The notes beneath the pieces were generated by a model. It saw only the letters and a program-made list of their open reading frames with translations, was not told the DNA's origin and ran no database searches. DNA of 64,000 nucleotides from Nitrosopumilus sp. GTDB taxonomy: Archaea; Thermoproteota; Nitrososphaeria; Nitrososphaerales; Nitrosopumilaceae. Of the stretch, positions 1 to 9,802 are shown in pieces. Each line of letters begins with the position of its first letter. Positions within the stretch are counted from its first letter, which is position 1. The position numbers and the translations under genes were made by a program. The stretch lies in contig CBDBGZ010000005.1 of assembly GCA_965205425.1 (NCBI GenBank), positions 160,001 through 224,000 of the forward strand, in the 5' to 3' direction.

Positions 1-121
1 TTTCTAGATTTTGCTTTTCTAGCAGGAATGAATTTTTTTGCAATAGCTAAAGTTAAATTTTTTCTTACCATGTAGAATCTCCCAGTAAATAGCCGAATAA
101 ATCTTGTTTTTTGTTAAATGC

Positions 122-1078
122 CTAAGAAGACTTTGTGGTTGTTTTTTTAACAGGTTTTTTGGTTGTTTTATTAGCAGATTTTTTTACTGTTTTTGAAGTT
201 GATTTTTTGGTTGTTTTAGCAGATTTTTTTACTGTTTTTGTGGGCAATTTTTTCTTAGTTTCAACAGTTTTTGATTTTACAGTAGATTTCCGGATAGATC
301 TACCAAAAAATGCTTTTCGTGCAAAACAAAGATAGGTCGTATGACCAATGCCTTGGAATGAATGTCTTGTTTTTCCCTCTCTGGCTTCAATATTTCGAAT
401 GATGTGTTCAGTGGATTCTATGTCAGTAAATTCATTTTCAACCAAAGCCATGGTTAATTTTTCTAATTGATTCATAGTAGGACAAATTGCAAATATGCTG
501 CCACTGCCTTTTAGCATTTTTCTAACTTGTGGGATTACAACCCAAGGATCGCCTAAATCAATCAATGCCATATCCATATCGTCCAATGGCATTTTTTTAG
601 CAGTCTTCAAATCAAGATTATGTTGTGTTACATATTTTGAAACACCAGCTTTTTTGATATTTTTCTCAGCAATTTTCATAAATTTTTCATCCACATCAAA
701 GGTGTATACATGCCCACGGGGTTTTACAACACTTGCAACAAAAGAAGTCAATGAACCACTACCAGTTCCAATTTCCAAGATTTTTTGACCATCGCCAATT
801 CCGGCTCTTGCAATAATGTAGCCAATATCTTTTGGATAAACAATTTGAGTTCCATGTTGAATTCTCATCACATAATCATACATGGTAGGTTCAAGAAGAT
901 AGACGTACTTGTCCTTGTTTGTAATTAATTTGGAACCGTACTCTTTGCCAATTGCATCAGAGTGTTTTAAGATTCCAATATGAGTATGAAATGACTCATT
1001 TTTAGAAATTTTTGCTAACCATTTTTTTGAATTATTATAAAAGAATAATACGGGTGAATTTTGCTTGATTTTAGCCAC
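122..1078 (-). CDS. trmI: tRNA (adenine-N1)-methyltransferase (TrmI/GCD14 family) with Lys-rich C-terminal tail
   Basis: TQIVYPKDIG, LEIGTGSGSLT SAM motif, DLGDPW and GHTTYL motifs. Confidence 0.93.
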   Translation of the reverse strand: MAKIKQNSPVLFFYNNSKKWLAKISKNESFHTHIGILKHSDAIGKEYGSKLITNKDKYVYLLEPTMYDYVMRIQHGTQIVYPKDIGYIIARAGIGDGQKILEIGTGSGSLTSFVASVVKPRGHVYTFDVDEKFMKIAEKNIKKAGVSKYVTQHNLDLKTAKKMPLDDMDMALIDLGDPWVVIPQVRKMLKGSGSIFAICPTMNQLEKLTMALVENEFTDIESTEHIIRNIEAREGKTRHSFQGIGHTTYLCFARKAFFGRSIRKSTVKSKTVETKKKLPTKTVKKSAKTTKKSTSKTVKKSANKTTKKPVKKTTTKSS

Positions 1079-1122
1079 ATATTTTGCCTAGAAATTTTAG
1101 ATAAGAATCTACTGGTTATTTC

Positions 1123-1145
1123 AAACTCCAATAGGCTTAAGTTGA
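1123..1145 (+). promoter_or_regulatory. Repeated BRE/TATA-like promoter unit, copy 1 (AAACTCCAATAGGCTTAAGTTGA)
   Basis: Identical to 3135-3157; CTTAAG starts 29 nt before ATG at 1165. Confidence 0.6.
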
Positions 1146-1164
1146 TAATTATTGAGAAATATTC

Positions 1165-1272
1165 ATGAGTTTTAGAACAAGCGTATTTTCAAGAAAAGAA
1201 TTAGTGATAATTACCGGAATTTCAGTCATCGCTTCATCAATTTTGTATATTTATTATGTCACAGTCAGGTAA
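1165..1272 (+). CDS. 35-aa single-TM microprotein
   Basis: MSFRTSVFSRKELVIITGISVIASSILYIYYVTVR*, read by hand; promoter motif upstream. Confidence 0.55.
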   Translation: MSFRTSVFSRKELVIITGISVIASSILYIYYVTVR

Positions 1273-1274
1273 TT

Positions 1275-2416
1275 GAGACATGGGCATAACTAATTCTAAT
1301 TTTTGAGTCAATTCTCAAATTATTCAAATAGAAAAAGCTAAGGATCTTATCATGTTTTGTTCATTGTAATGTCAAAACAAATGAAAATCCCTAACAAGAT
1401 TCTATCGGAATCATTTCTTATTGGTATTTTGTATTTGGTGGGAATGTTGTCTTTGTATGAAGAGATACTGAAACCTGGTAGACCGTACGTATACTCTACA
1501 ATTCTAATGGTACAGCTGTCCATCATAAAATCTTGGATGAGAATTCCTAGTAACAATACATTACATTATTTCCTTTCAATCAAACCTTCCAATGACAAAC
1601 TGCTCAAGGTTTGCAAATTAACTCAAATTCCAGACAGAAGAACTATTGACAGACGATTTCAATTTCTACCCATTAGTGACATGATTAGTACCATGGGCAA
1701 CAAATTCATCTCAGAGGGATTGGTGGAAAATGTTTCAGCATCAGGGGATAGTTCAATGCTAAAAGCAGATGGTCCAGTATGGCACAAATCAGACATAAAG
1801 AACAATCGTCTACCAATCCCAGGAATTGACACTGATTGTTCAATGGGGTTTTTCAAAATCAAAGGGTTGGATATTTGGATACAAACTGCACATGAGTTGC
1901 AGTACTGGAAAACTGATAGTTCCATTGTCTGCTGATGTCTCAACTGCAAATGTTTCTGATGGTAAAATGTATGAAACGTTAGTCAAACCACTTGCAGGAC
2001 TGGTTGAAAATATTTTATGTGATCCAGCATATGATGATAAATCATTATATCAGTTTAGTGATGAGAGACATTTGAGATTGATTTGTCCTATCAAAATATA
2101 TCCATCAACACCGCCAGAGCGAATCAAACTTGCAGATTTTTATAATTCTGTACAAGGTCAAGAGTTGTACTCACAAAGAAAAGTCTCAATTGAACCTTTA
2201 TTTGAAATATTCAAAGATACGTTCAACATTAGAACTGTACATGTGAAAGGATTTGACAACGTGAAATCATTTGTATTGGTTTGTGTGTTGGTGTATCAAC
2301 TTGTAGTATATTACAACTGTATAATTGGAGCAGAAAATCCAAGAACTGTAAAGAGAATGCTTTGCTGTTAGGAAATGACTGAGAGTTATTTTTGTAAATA
2401 ATTATGCCCAAGTCTC
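1275..2416 (+). mobile_element. Insertion sequence, IS4/IS5-clan DDE (IS982/ISNCY-like)
   Basis: TIRs GAGACATGGGCATAA / TTATGCCCAAGTCTC (14/15 match); 8-bp target duplication AGGTAATT at 1267-1274 and 2417-2424. Confidence 0.9.
1357..2371 (+). pseudogene. DDE transposase, frameshifted near 1837
   Basis: ORFs 1357-1935 and 1826-2371 join (DTD|VQWGFSKSKGWIFGYKLH...DPAYD...RKVSIEPLF) if one T is removed. Confidence 0.8.
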
Positions 2417-2461
2417 AGGTAATTGACAATTCTTAAAAATAAAAAGGAAGAAGGACAGTAA

Positions 2462-2650
2462 TTGAATTTCAATTGTATCTTTCCATCTTGTAATTATAAA
2501 CAAAAGGACATTGAAGAAGAAGAATTTCTGAAACATTTGAAAGAAGAACATCAAAAGGAAATACTAGACACTGCAACAAAAGAGAATATTCCAATTAAAA
2601 CTATGGAGATGATGGCAATATCAAATTCGAAAGTATTCATTAATTCCTAG
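2462..2650 (+). CDS. small C2H2-type zinc-finger protein
   Basis: C-x4-C ... H-x4-H, 62 aa. Confidence 0.7.
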   Translation: MNFNCIFPSCNYKQKDIEEEEFLKHLKEEHQKEILDTATKENIPIKTMEMMAISNSKVFINS

Positions 2651-2655
2651 ATTCC

Positions 2656-2678
2656 AAACCCCAATAAGCTTAAGTTCA
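2656..2678 (+). promoter_or_regulatory. Repeated promoter unit, copy 2
   Basis: AAACCCCAATAAGCTTAAGTTCA, 20/23 match; CTTAAG 29 nt before ATG 2698. Confidence 0.55.
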
Positions 2679-2697
2679 TTATTTACCTAGTAGAATT

Positions 2698-2841
2698 ATG
2701 ACAAAGATTTGTAAAAAATGTGATGTCAATATGGAAATTAAAAATAAGAATGATAAAAGACGAGGAAATGATACAAAAAATCGATCAACAGAATACTATT
2801 GCCCTAAATGTAACCATTCAGAATATGAAGAAGAATTCTAA
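2698..2841 (+). CDS. 47-aa zinc-ribbon microprotein
   Basis: MTKICKKCD...YYCPKCNHSEYEEEF*, two CxxC pairs. Confidence 0.7.
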   Translation: MTKICKKCDVNMEIKNKNDKRRGNDTKNRSTEYYCPKCNHSEYEEEF

Positions 2842-2843
2842 AA

Positions 2844-2936
2844 TTACTTTCTAAATAAAAAGTAAATTCTAGTACCAATAAAAATTCCAACAGCAAGAAC
2901 GATCAATATCAGAATAATAATTTCTCCCTCATCCAT
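2844..2936 (-). CDS. 30-aa single-TM microprotein
   Basis: MDEGEIIILILIVLAVGIFIGTRIYFLFRK*. Confidence 0.5.
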   Translation of the reverse strand: MDEGEIIILILIVLAVGIFIGTRIYFLFRK

Positions 2937-2986
2937 GTTTAAATTTAAAACTCTTATGAAATTAAACAATACTCTTAAGTTCAAAC

Positions 2987-3136
2987 ATGCCCAAAAATCA
3001 ACTATTGGAAGAAGAATATCGTAAAAAAATGATCAAACAAAAAGAAGAGTATGAGAAATGGAAAGAGGCAGAAGGAGATTCAGACCTTGAATTTAATGAA
3101 AAAGACAACAAGAAAAAACCCAAAATTAAATTCTAA
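2987..3136 (+). CDS. small charged hypothetical protein (start may be TTG 3005)
   Basis: MPKNQLLEEEYRKKMIKQKEEYEKW...; CTTAAG at 2974. Confidence 0.5.
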   Translation: MPKNQLLEEEYRKKMIKQKEEYEKWKEAEGDSDLEFNEKDNKKKPKIKF

Positions 3137-3157
3137 ACTCCAATAGGCTTAAGTTGA
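3135..3157 (+). promoter_or_regulatory. Repeated promoter unit, copy 3
   Basis: Identical to 1123-1145; CTTAAG 29 nt before ATG 3177. Confidence 0.6.
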
Positions 3158-3176
3158 CAAATAATATACAAAATTT

Positions 3177-3404
3177 ATGAATGAGATTTTTGTGTATTGT
3201 AAAACATGTAAGAAAAAAGTTAAAGCCGTGATTTTAACAAAACATGAAAAAGAATATGATGAATCTACAAATAGTTACAAACGATATGGCATGGTCAGAA
3301 TTATGCAACACAACATAGGTTTTAGAAAAAACTGCGAGGACACATCTCAAATTAAAGCAATAGTTGAATCAGATTCCAAAGATAGTAACGGAGTAATGAA
3401 CTAA
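3177..3404 (+). CDS. small Cys-containing hypothetical protein
   Basis: 75-aa ORF with CxxC and upstream promoter motif. Confidence 0.75.
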   Translation: MNEIFVYCKTCKKKVKAVILTKHEKEYDESTNSYKRYGMVRIMQHNIGFRKNCEDTSQIKAIVESDSKDSNGVMN

Positions 3405-3465
3405 ATAAAAAATACTATTTCATTGGTATTCAAAGTATTATTTACCTCAAAAATTGATGTCATAT

Positions 3466-3534
3466 GCTGATGATTATTACAACGGGTTCTATCTGATTTC
3501 CTCAAATTTGATGAATATTGCCGAATTATGAAGC
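3466..3534 (+). ncRNA. candidate C/D-box sRNA
   Basis: TGATGA 3468, CTGA 3493, TGATGA 3509, ATGA (variant D box) 3528; intergenic. Confidence 0.4.
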
Positions 3535-3798
3535 TGTTTCTCATTTAGGTGTGAACAAGATTGATCGGACGTTTAGAAATTTAACCTAAAAGTAATTATT
3601 TTTGATTCTGGTTTTTTAACAAAAACATCACCTTAAGAGATTCATTGAGTCAGAGACATCTCGCGGTGTTAGCTGGAAGAGCCCATTGCTCACATAAACT
3701 AGTTAATACATTTCAGAGTCTCCATAGTAAAGGAGACTGACTTTTTTCCGTGATATGTGCAAACAGTATTTTAATACGAAATGTGAGAATTAATTAAA

Positions 3799-4122
3799 TT
3801 GACAGAAATTCAACTAGCAGGATCAGGCGGATGGATTAATGCAGATCTAACTGACGAACAAGTAACTAAATCAAAACTTGTTCCAAATATAGACAAGCAT
3901 TTTTTGGCATCACTTGAAAAATTAGATACAGCAAAAATGTCAAAGCATTTTTGTAAACAATGCAATTCTGAATTTGACGGTCCAACCCAAATACAAATTG
4001 AGGAAAAACCAAATGAGGCAGTTGCAGATGGATTAATCTTGATAGAAAGAGGGCAATATACTTGCCACAAATGTAATTCCATTATTGGAGAATACAGAGT
4101 TTTCCAGAAAAAAGAAGAATAG
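3799..4122 (+). CDS. zinc-ribbon hypothetical protein
   Basis: CKQC and CHKC pairs, 107 aa. Confidence 0.8.
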   Translation: MTEIQLAGSGGWINADLTDEQVTKSKLVPNIDKHFLASLEKLDTAKMSKHFCKQCNSEFDGPTQIQIEEKPNEAVADGLILIERGQYTCHKCNSIIGEYRVFQKKEE

Positions 4123-4164
4123 GTTAAAATCTACAATTCGTTATTTTTATCAGCCTAAATAATG

Positions 4165-5206
4165 TGTTCTTTCCAGAAATTATTTCGTGTCACTTTCATG
4201 AGTAATTCCTCCATAGAATACTTGGGTCTATGAGTATTTCGTTTGTTATCATCTTGGAGTGATACGCATCAGATGGTGTCTCCATGTTATCCAAGTCTAG
4301 TGCGCCATGAACTCTAATGTGATTGTACCAATGCATAAACTGCTCCACTGACTCAAAGTATTCTATTTTACACTCAAAGATATCCCAGAACTTTTCTAGC
4401 TTACCATTTGTTTGTGGATGTCTCACTCTTGTACGAGAGTGCTTTACGTGATGTCTCATTAGTTGCTGCTCAAAGTCTACTGGCTTGTTATGATCAAGAG
4501 TATTGACATTTGATGTGAACTGTTTTCCATTATCAGATAGTACGGATGCTGGTCTACCGTGATTCTTTATTGCATCAGATAGTACTGCAGAAGAATTCAC
4601 AGATGTTGCCTCATCATACACTCCGAAACCCGTGATAAATCGTGAGGCATCATCTTCAAATGCAATTAGTTGTTTTCCTGCCCAGCGTGAATCATGTATT
4701 GTGTGCCAGTCAGTATGCCACAGTGAATTTGAATATTCACGTTCATACCTGATCCACTTTCTTCTCATCTTTTTCCGTGGTTGCTCAACTGATAATCCTT
4801 CATCTAGCATAATCTTGTGGATGCGATTGTGGTTTATCTTGGTATTGTACAATTTTGATATGATTTTCTCAAGGTATAGTGCGTTTGTATGAAATTTTTC
4901 TTGAACTTGTTTGACTAGCTCTATCTCGTGTACAGTGACTGGCTTTTTTGGACGCCCTGGTCTTTTGAGTGTGGGAATCTTTTTGGTTTTTTTGTACTGA
5001 GAGTAGACTTGTTGTACTCTTCTAGGCGTTATCTTGAGGATTACTGAAATATCTAAATTCTTGACTTTTTCATTTTTAGATTGTATAATCCACCTGATCT
5101 TATTCTCATCTAACTTTACCATAGGTATGCCACGATACCCACGCATACGATAGTATGGGAATGATGCTCTCCTAGTTAAGGGGTGAAATAATTTCCGGAA
5201 AAGATA
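4165..5206 (-). mobile_element. IS481-family element, copy 1 (1042 bp)
   Basis: Imperfect TIRs TGTTCTTTCCAGAAATTATTTC / GAAATAATTTCCGGAAAAGATA; ends fixed by comparison with copy 2; no flanking direct repeat. Confidence 0.92.
4196..5122 (-). CDS. IS481-family transposase (rve integrase core)
   Basis: WHTD, DDASR, SDNGKQF, PQTNGKLEKF; likely start MVKLDE. Confidence 0.92.
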   Translation of the reverse strand: MVKLDENKIRWIIQSKNEKVKNLDISVILKITPRRVQQVYSQYKKTKKIPTLKRPGRPKKPVTVHEIELVKQVQEKFHTNALYLEKIISKLYNTKINHNRIHKIMLDEGLSVEQPRKKMRRKWIRYEREYSNSLWHTDWHTIHDSRWAGKQLIAFEDDASRFITGFGVYDEATSVNSSAVLSDAIKNHGRPASVLSDNGKQFTSNVNTLDHNKPVDFEQQLMRHHVKHSRTRVRHPQTNGKLEKFWDIFECKIEYFESVEQFMHWYNHIRVHGALDLDNMETPSDAYHSKMITNEILIDPSILWRNYS

Positions 5207-5251
5207 CCTCTAAATTGATTTAATAGATAGAATTGCATACTTTGAACAGTT

Positions 5252-5959
5252 TTGGTAAAAACTTCCCATGATGTAAAGACTATAGTTTTGAGAAAAAATA
5301 TTGATGAAAATGAAGCAATGGACATCGTAAACCAAAAAAAGACAACTCCTTTCAAATCTCTACTTTCTCGTCCAAAAAAAGAAGACGTTCATGTTCATTC
5401 TCTAAAATTATACTATGAATGCATTCTCATGGTTTCGGGAAAATACGTTGCAGATTATTTTAGAAAGGCAACTCATTCCATTTCTGTTGATTCTAACGTA
5501 TCTGAGGTTTCTCTGGGTGATGGATTATTCCCTGTCCGCTCAAAGTCAAGTATTAAAAAGGCTTTTGTTGGAAAAAGGGGAAAAAATAAGATTGATTTCA
5601 AACTAGATGAGCATGTCTTTGTTGAAGAAGAAGACGAATTAACCTTTGATCATCATGGAAGAGAAATAAAATTCCCATTCAAAATCAATTCAAAAACTGT
5701 AGAGAACTATCCTAAACAATTGCTAGAAAAAAACGAATCAAATGTAAAAAAACCTGAAATGACTTATGATGCAGCAATTGATAAACTCAAAACTCTATTA
5801 AAAAAACCAATGGAAACTGATGTTAAAAATCTAAATGAAGAATTTGTTTTACGCGAAATTTCTGAAATCTATATACCTATTTTTGAAGCTCGACTAATTG
5901 GTCCAAAAAAGAAAGTTGGAATAATTCGAATTGATTCTGTAAGAAACAAAGTTCTCTAA
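5252..5959 (+). CDS. hypothetical protein
   Basis: 235-aa ORF with host-like composition. Confidence 0.75.
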   Translation: MVKTSHDVKTIVLRKNIDENEAMDIVNQKKTTPFKSLLSRPKKEDVHVHSLKLYYECILMVSGKYVADYFRKATHSISVDSNVSEVSLGDGLFPVRSKSSIKKAFVGKRGKNKIDFKLDEHVFVEEEDELTFDHHGREIKFPFKINSKTVENYPKQLLEKNESNVKKPEMTYDAAIDKLKTLLKKPMETDVKNLNEEFVLREISEIYIPIFEARLIGPKKKVGIIRIDSVRNKVL

Positions 5960-6089
5960 TTTTCTTTGATGTTGTGGGGCGTAATATTGTGTCACCTCAC
6001 ATGAAACTTGAACAGTAACGACACACGTCAATTCTTTTCTTTGAGATGGAGTAGAATACTTTATGAATATCGTGCAAGCCAACTAACGT

Positions 6090-6965
6090 GTGAAGTATCA
6101 TAAAATTACTACTAGTCTTATTACAATAATCACAATATTTGGATTTGTAATACCTTTTGTTACTGTTGCACACTGTGATTCCATTCAAGTTTTTGATGAT
6201 AGTTGTTTTAGATTTGGTGGTTACTCAACAGATTTTGTCACGCTTGCAGGTGCTGGAATTTACTATGATTATCTCATTTATCATATGAATCCCCATCTAA
6301 TAGAAAACCCAAATATCGATGATGAAATTTTTAGCATATCTGGAGATTTTCCAAAAGAATTCCCCAACAGTATTACTCTAAAATACGATGATATGCTGAA
6401 TCGTTTTCAACCCGAACCAAGATCAGTACTGATCAATCTTGCACACAATTCAACTATATCTGTTTTCAATGAATCCAAATTGAGCTATAACATTATCTCA
6501 AAACATTTTGGTAATTCTCAGCTGTTTGGAACATTAGAATCCGATAATTTTTGGATTGGTAATTTCACAAATGTTGGATTGTACACCTACCAATTAGAGC
6601 CAACAAGCAAACATGATCATAGAGCAACATCATTTAGAATATTTGTAATTGATGAACCCATTGAAAATATCCCAAAATCAATTAGACATAATATTGCATG
6701 TCAGTTATTTGAAATTGACCATAAAGAATACCGATATTCTACTGGAAGAAGCTGTGGAGGATCTAACAGTGAACCAATATCCGTTGATTTTCACAAGTCT
6801 TTGAGGGGAGCCAGTCCTGAATTTAAACAAGAATTTCTTGATAAAATTTCGCAAAATGCAGGATTTTTGGAGCCTGAGATTACTTTTGACTATGATGATA
6901 ATAGGCATCATCATTGGAGCATTCCATTTCCACTATTGATGATGGAGGTTTATTTTGCAAAATGA
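6090..6965 (+). CDS. secreted or membrane-anchored hypothetical protein
   Basis: 291 aa, N-terminal hydrophobic segment. Confidence 0.7.
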   Translation: MKYHKITTSLITIITIFGFVIPFVTVAHCDSIQVFDDSCFRFGGYSTDFVTLAGAGIYYDYLIYHMNPHLIENPNIDDEIFSISGDFPKEFPNSITLKYDDMLNRFQPEPRSVLINLAHNSTISVFNESKLSYNIISKHFGNSQLFGTLESDNFWIGNFTNVGLYTYQLEPTSKHDHRATSFRIFVIDEPIENIPKSIRHNIACQLFEIDHKEYRYSTGRSCGGSNSEPISVDFHKSLRGASPEFKQEFLDKISQNAGFLEPEITFDYDDNRHHHWSIPFPLLMMEVYFAK

Positions 6966-7348
6966 TGGATGATTACTATGTCAATACCCAGATGTTTATT
7001 CTTGCAATTTACATGGTAATTTCCTCTGTTGTAATAGGAGTCATCATATCCAAATTCAAAAGAACCCAGACTGACAGGCGATTCATAATTGGAGGACTGT
7101 GTGGAATTGCAATATCTTCTTTGCTATTTTTTGTAACTGCATTTGTTTTGACATCCTTGGATGTTTGTTGTGAGATGGAAGATGTTGGCAAAACATTCTT
7201 TTCCTTATTGAGATTTTTATCTACTCCATTTGCACTTGTTTCAACATGTTTTTTCTACAGGGGTCTGTCTGAAAAATTTAATAAAAAATATATCATTGAG
7301 ACATCTGTTTTGTTGGTATTAGTATGGATGATGTTCATTTTTACGTAA
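6962..7348 (+). CDS. multi-pass membrane hypothetical protein
   Basis: About 4 hydrophobic segments; start overlaps upstream stop. Confidence 0.65.
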   Translation: MMDDYYVNTQMFILAIYMVISSVVIGVIISKFKRTQTDRRFIIGGLCGIAISSLLFFVTAFVLTSLDVCCEMEDVGKTFFSLLRFLSTPFALVSTCFFYRGLSEKFNKKYIIETSVLLVLVWMMFIFT

Positions 7349-7433
7349 ACATTGAGGTTTAATTAGAAAATAAAAACTAGATATTCACTAATAACAAAAA
7401 CCATTGCAATTTTACATTGGATTTACTGTGGTC

Positions 7434-8404
7434 GGCCTTGTAGAAACCATCTGATTTTAACCCAATTGTGATACATTTTAGCTAATTTAGATCCATTAGG
7501 ATTGTATTTGCAGATTACAGTATGGTCTCATCATACGTCAAAATGTGCAAAACACTACTCAATATAATCACCAGATGCAGAATTCCCAGGTTCTTACATC
7601 CAAAATCAAATCATATCTATTCTGTTTGGACACATCTCATACTCTTGGCAATACGACAGTACGAATCAAAGAGTTATAGAAGATTTACAGAATTTTTAGA
7701 AGAATGTGTAGGAATTCAGGAATATCTTGGTTTGTCTACCATTCCACATTACACCACACTACAAAAGGCAGCTGCAAGACTGGAAGGAAATCTGTTACAT
7801 AAAATGTTGCAGGAATTCATTTTGTACAAAAAAGTCAGACTGGTTCTAGCTGGAATTGATGGTAGCGGATTCAGTTACAGTACAGCATCATACTATTATA
7901 CAAAAAGAGTACAGTTACGCAGGAATTTCCTAAAAGTTGTTGTTTGTGCTGACATGAATACACAGCTTGTTTGCTGTGTCATGACACACCACAACATGCA
8001 ACATGATAATCCTGATTTTCTGCCATTGTTGTACAAAACCAACAATATTGTTCCAGTTGATATTGTGTTAGGTGACATGGGTTTTGATGATGAGAATAAC
8101 CATGTCGGTGCAGAACAGATCAACACAGCTGCAATAATTCCAACTCGATATGGAACAGTTCCAATTTACAGAACCAGCGGAATTCACAGAAAGGAGATGA
8201 AGAGGAACTTTCCTGTACAATTGTACCATCAGAGAAACAAATCTGAAACAATCTTTTTTGTGATCAAACAGATAATGTCAGGAGATGTCACATCAAGAAA
8301 TGCTACAACTCAGGACAATGGGATGTTGTACAGGTTAATTGCATACAATGCTTACAGGATTAGAAAATTAGATTTTGTTATTTTATCATGGTTTCTACAA
8401 GGCC
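7434..8404 (+). mobile_element. IS5-family (IS903-group-like) element, copy 1 (971 bp)
   Basis: Perfect 17-bp TIR GGCCTTGTAGAAACCAT; near-identical inverted copy at 12743-13713. Confidence 0.92.
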
Positions 8405-8421
8405 AATCAATAAACCTTTAA
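7522..8421 (+). CDS. IS5-family transposase
   Basis: IDGSGF, GDMGFD, YHQRNKSETIF; stop codon lies in flanking DNA. Confidence 0.9.
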   Translation: MVSSYVKMCKTLLNIITRCRIPRFLHPKSNHIYSVWTHLILLAIRQYESKSYRRFTEFLEECVGIQEYLGLSTIPHYTTLQKAAARLEGNLLHKMLQEFILYKKVRLVLAGIDGSGFSYSTASYYYTKRVQLRRNFLKVVVCADMNTQLVCCVMTHHNMQHDNPDFLPLLYKTNNIVPVDIVLGDMGFDDENNHVGAEQINTAAIIPTRYGTVPIYRTSGIHRKEMKRNFPVQLYHQRNKSETIFFVIKQIMSGDVTSRNATTQDNGMLYRLIAYNAYRIRKLDFVILSWFLQGQSINL

Positions 8422-8474
8422 TCGCTAGTTTCCATTAATTTCATTTAGTTAAATCTCATTTTTGTGCCTGTATT

Positions 8475-9281
8475 TTATCGTCTTTTCAGATAACTTGACA
8501 GTATTTCATCAGCCATTTCATCTACATCAATCTCTTTTTTACCAGCTAAACTGCGCAATTTCCTTGCATTTCCTTTATTCAACTGTATTGTAACTTTTTG
8601 TTGGAGTAATCCTGCCTTTGCCTTTTTTAGTAATTTTAGATGTGACGATTTTGGAGATCTACTTAAAGCCTTGAGGTATTTCTTTCGTAGTTTCTGATCT
8701 AGAGGAATAATTTTCTCTGCAATGGATACAGCCTTTGGTACATTTGATACAATTTGATATAATCTAGTACAATCATCTCTAGATAACTCCTTTGGAACAA
8801 ATTGTTTCAATTTCTCAGGAACTGCTGCAAATCCCAGATATTTTTTCAAGGTCTGAGATGAAATCCCTAATGACTTTGCAGATTTACTTTTGCCTATAGA
8901 TTCACTCAAGAACACACATGCTGCCGTCATATCTTTTGTGTTCATTTTATTTCTATGTAGATTCTCAACAACTGATGCTGCCTTTGCATCCTCTAAATCA
9001 TATTTGGTACTATTTGTTAACAGTAATACGGGTATCTTTTTTGCACCTAGTCTTTTCAAAGCTGCAAGCCTTCTCTGGCCTGACATTAACAGATAAGAGT
9101 TCTTTCCATCTTTTTGGACCATCGGAGGATTTTGTAATCCGTCATTTTTTATTGACTTTGCAAGTTCTACAATTCCATCTCTGTCTAGTTTTCGAGCCTG
9201 TGCATCACGCCAAACTTTGATGTATTTTACAGGGATTTCTCTTAATCTATATGTAATTGGTGAATTATATTTTTTAGCCAT
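8475..9281 (-). CDS. ParB/Srx N-terminal domain protein
   Basis: LAKSIKNDGLQNP, SGQRRLAA, ENLHR motifs plus HTH. Confidence 0.88.
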   Translation of the reverse strand: MAKKYNSPITYRLREIPVKYIKVWRDAQARKLDRDGIVELAKSIKNDGLQNPPMVQKDGKNSYLLMSGQRRLAALKRLGAKKIPVLLLTNSTKYDLEDAKAASVVENLHRNKMNTKDMTAACVFLSESIGKSKSAKSLGISSQTLKKYLGFAAVPEKLKQFVPKELSRDDCTRLYQIVSNVPKAVSIAEKIIPLDQKLRKKYLKALSRSPKSSHLKLLKKAKAGLLQQKVTIQLNKGNARKLRSLAGKKEIDVDEMADEILSSYLKRR

Positions 9282-9388
9282 AATGTATCATATTTTTTTA
9301 TTTTTGATAAAATGTAAAGTGATCAATAATTGACAAATGATCAAAAAATAACACATAATTTTCAAGTGTGTATACTGTGGATTGATAA

Positions 9389-9802
9389 TTAATTAGCAGG
9401 TATTTTGTTTTGTTGCTGTAGTTTTAATTTTTCAGATTCATGTTTCAAACATAATTCTGCAAATGCAACATTATCAAAATGAATGTCCTTTAATGAATTC
9501 TTTTTTGATATCTTTGGGTATTCACTATATTTTCTATGGTTGATTATTCTGCCTCCCGATTTTGGTCTAAATCCACCCCACTGTTTGAAAAATACGGCCA
9601 CCTTTTGCTTTTTACACTGTTCAATAATTTCTAGAATCCACTCTTTTTCTACTGATCGGTAATGATATCCACTCTCACCGCCAATTATTGCCCAATCAAT
9701 TCCTTTCAGATTTACTTTTCCTACATATCCAATTAATGGCTCAAAACTTATGAATCGTGTATGACATTTTACTTTGCGCAAATCATTAATTCTTGATCGC
9801 AA
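9389..9802 (-). pseudogene. DUF5131 (phage Gp37/Gp68-like) protein, C-terminal half only
   Basis: RFISFEPLIG, IDWAIIGGESG, FFKQWGG; N-terminal Cys-motif region absent. Confidence 0.8.

Noticed and set aside
1123..3157. CRISPR-like array from the 23-bp repeat
   Set aside because: Only three copies, spaced by hundreds of bases of coding sequence, and no cas genes.
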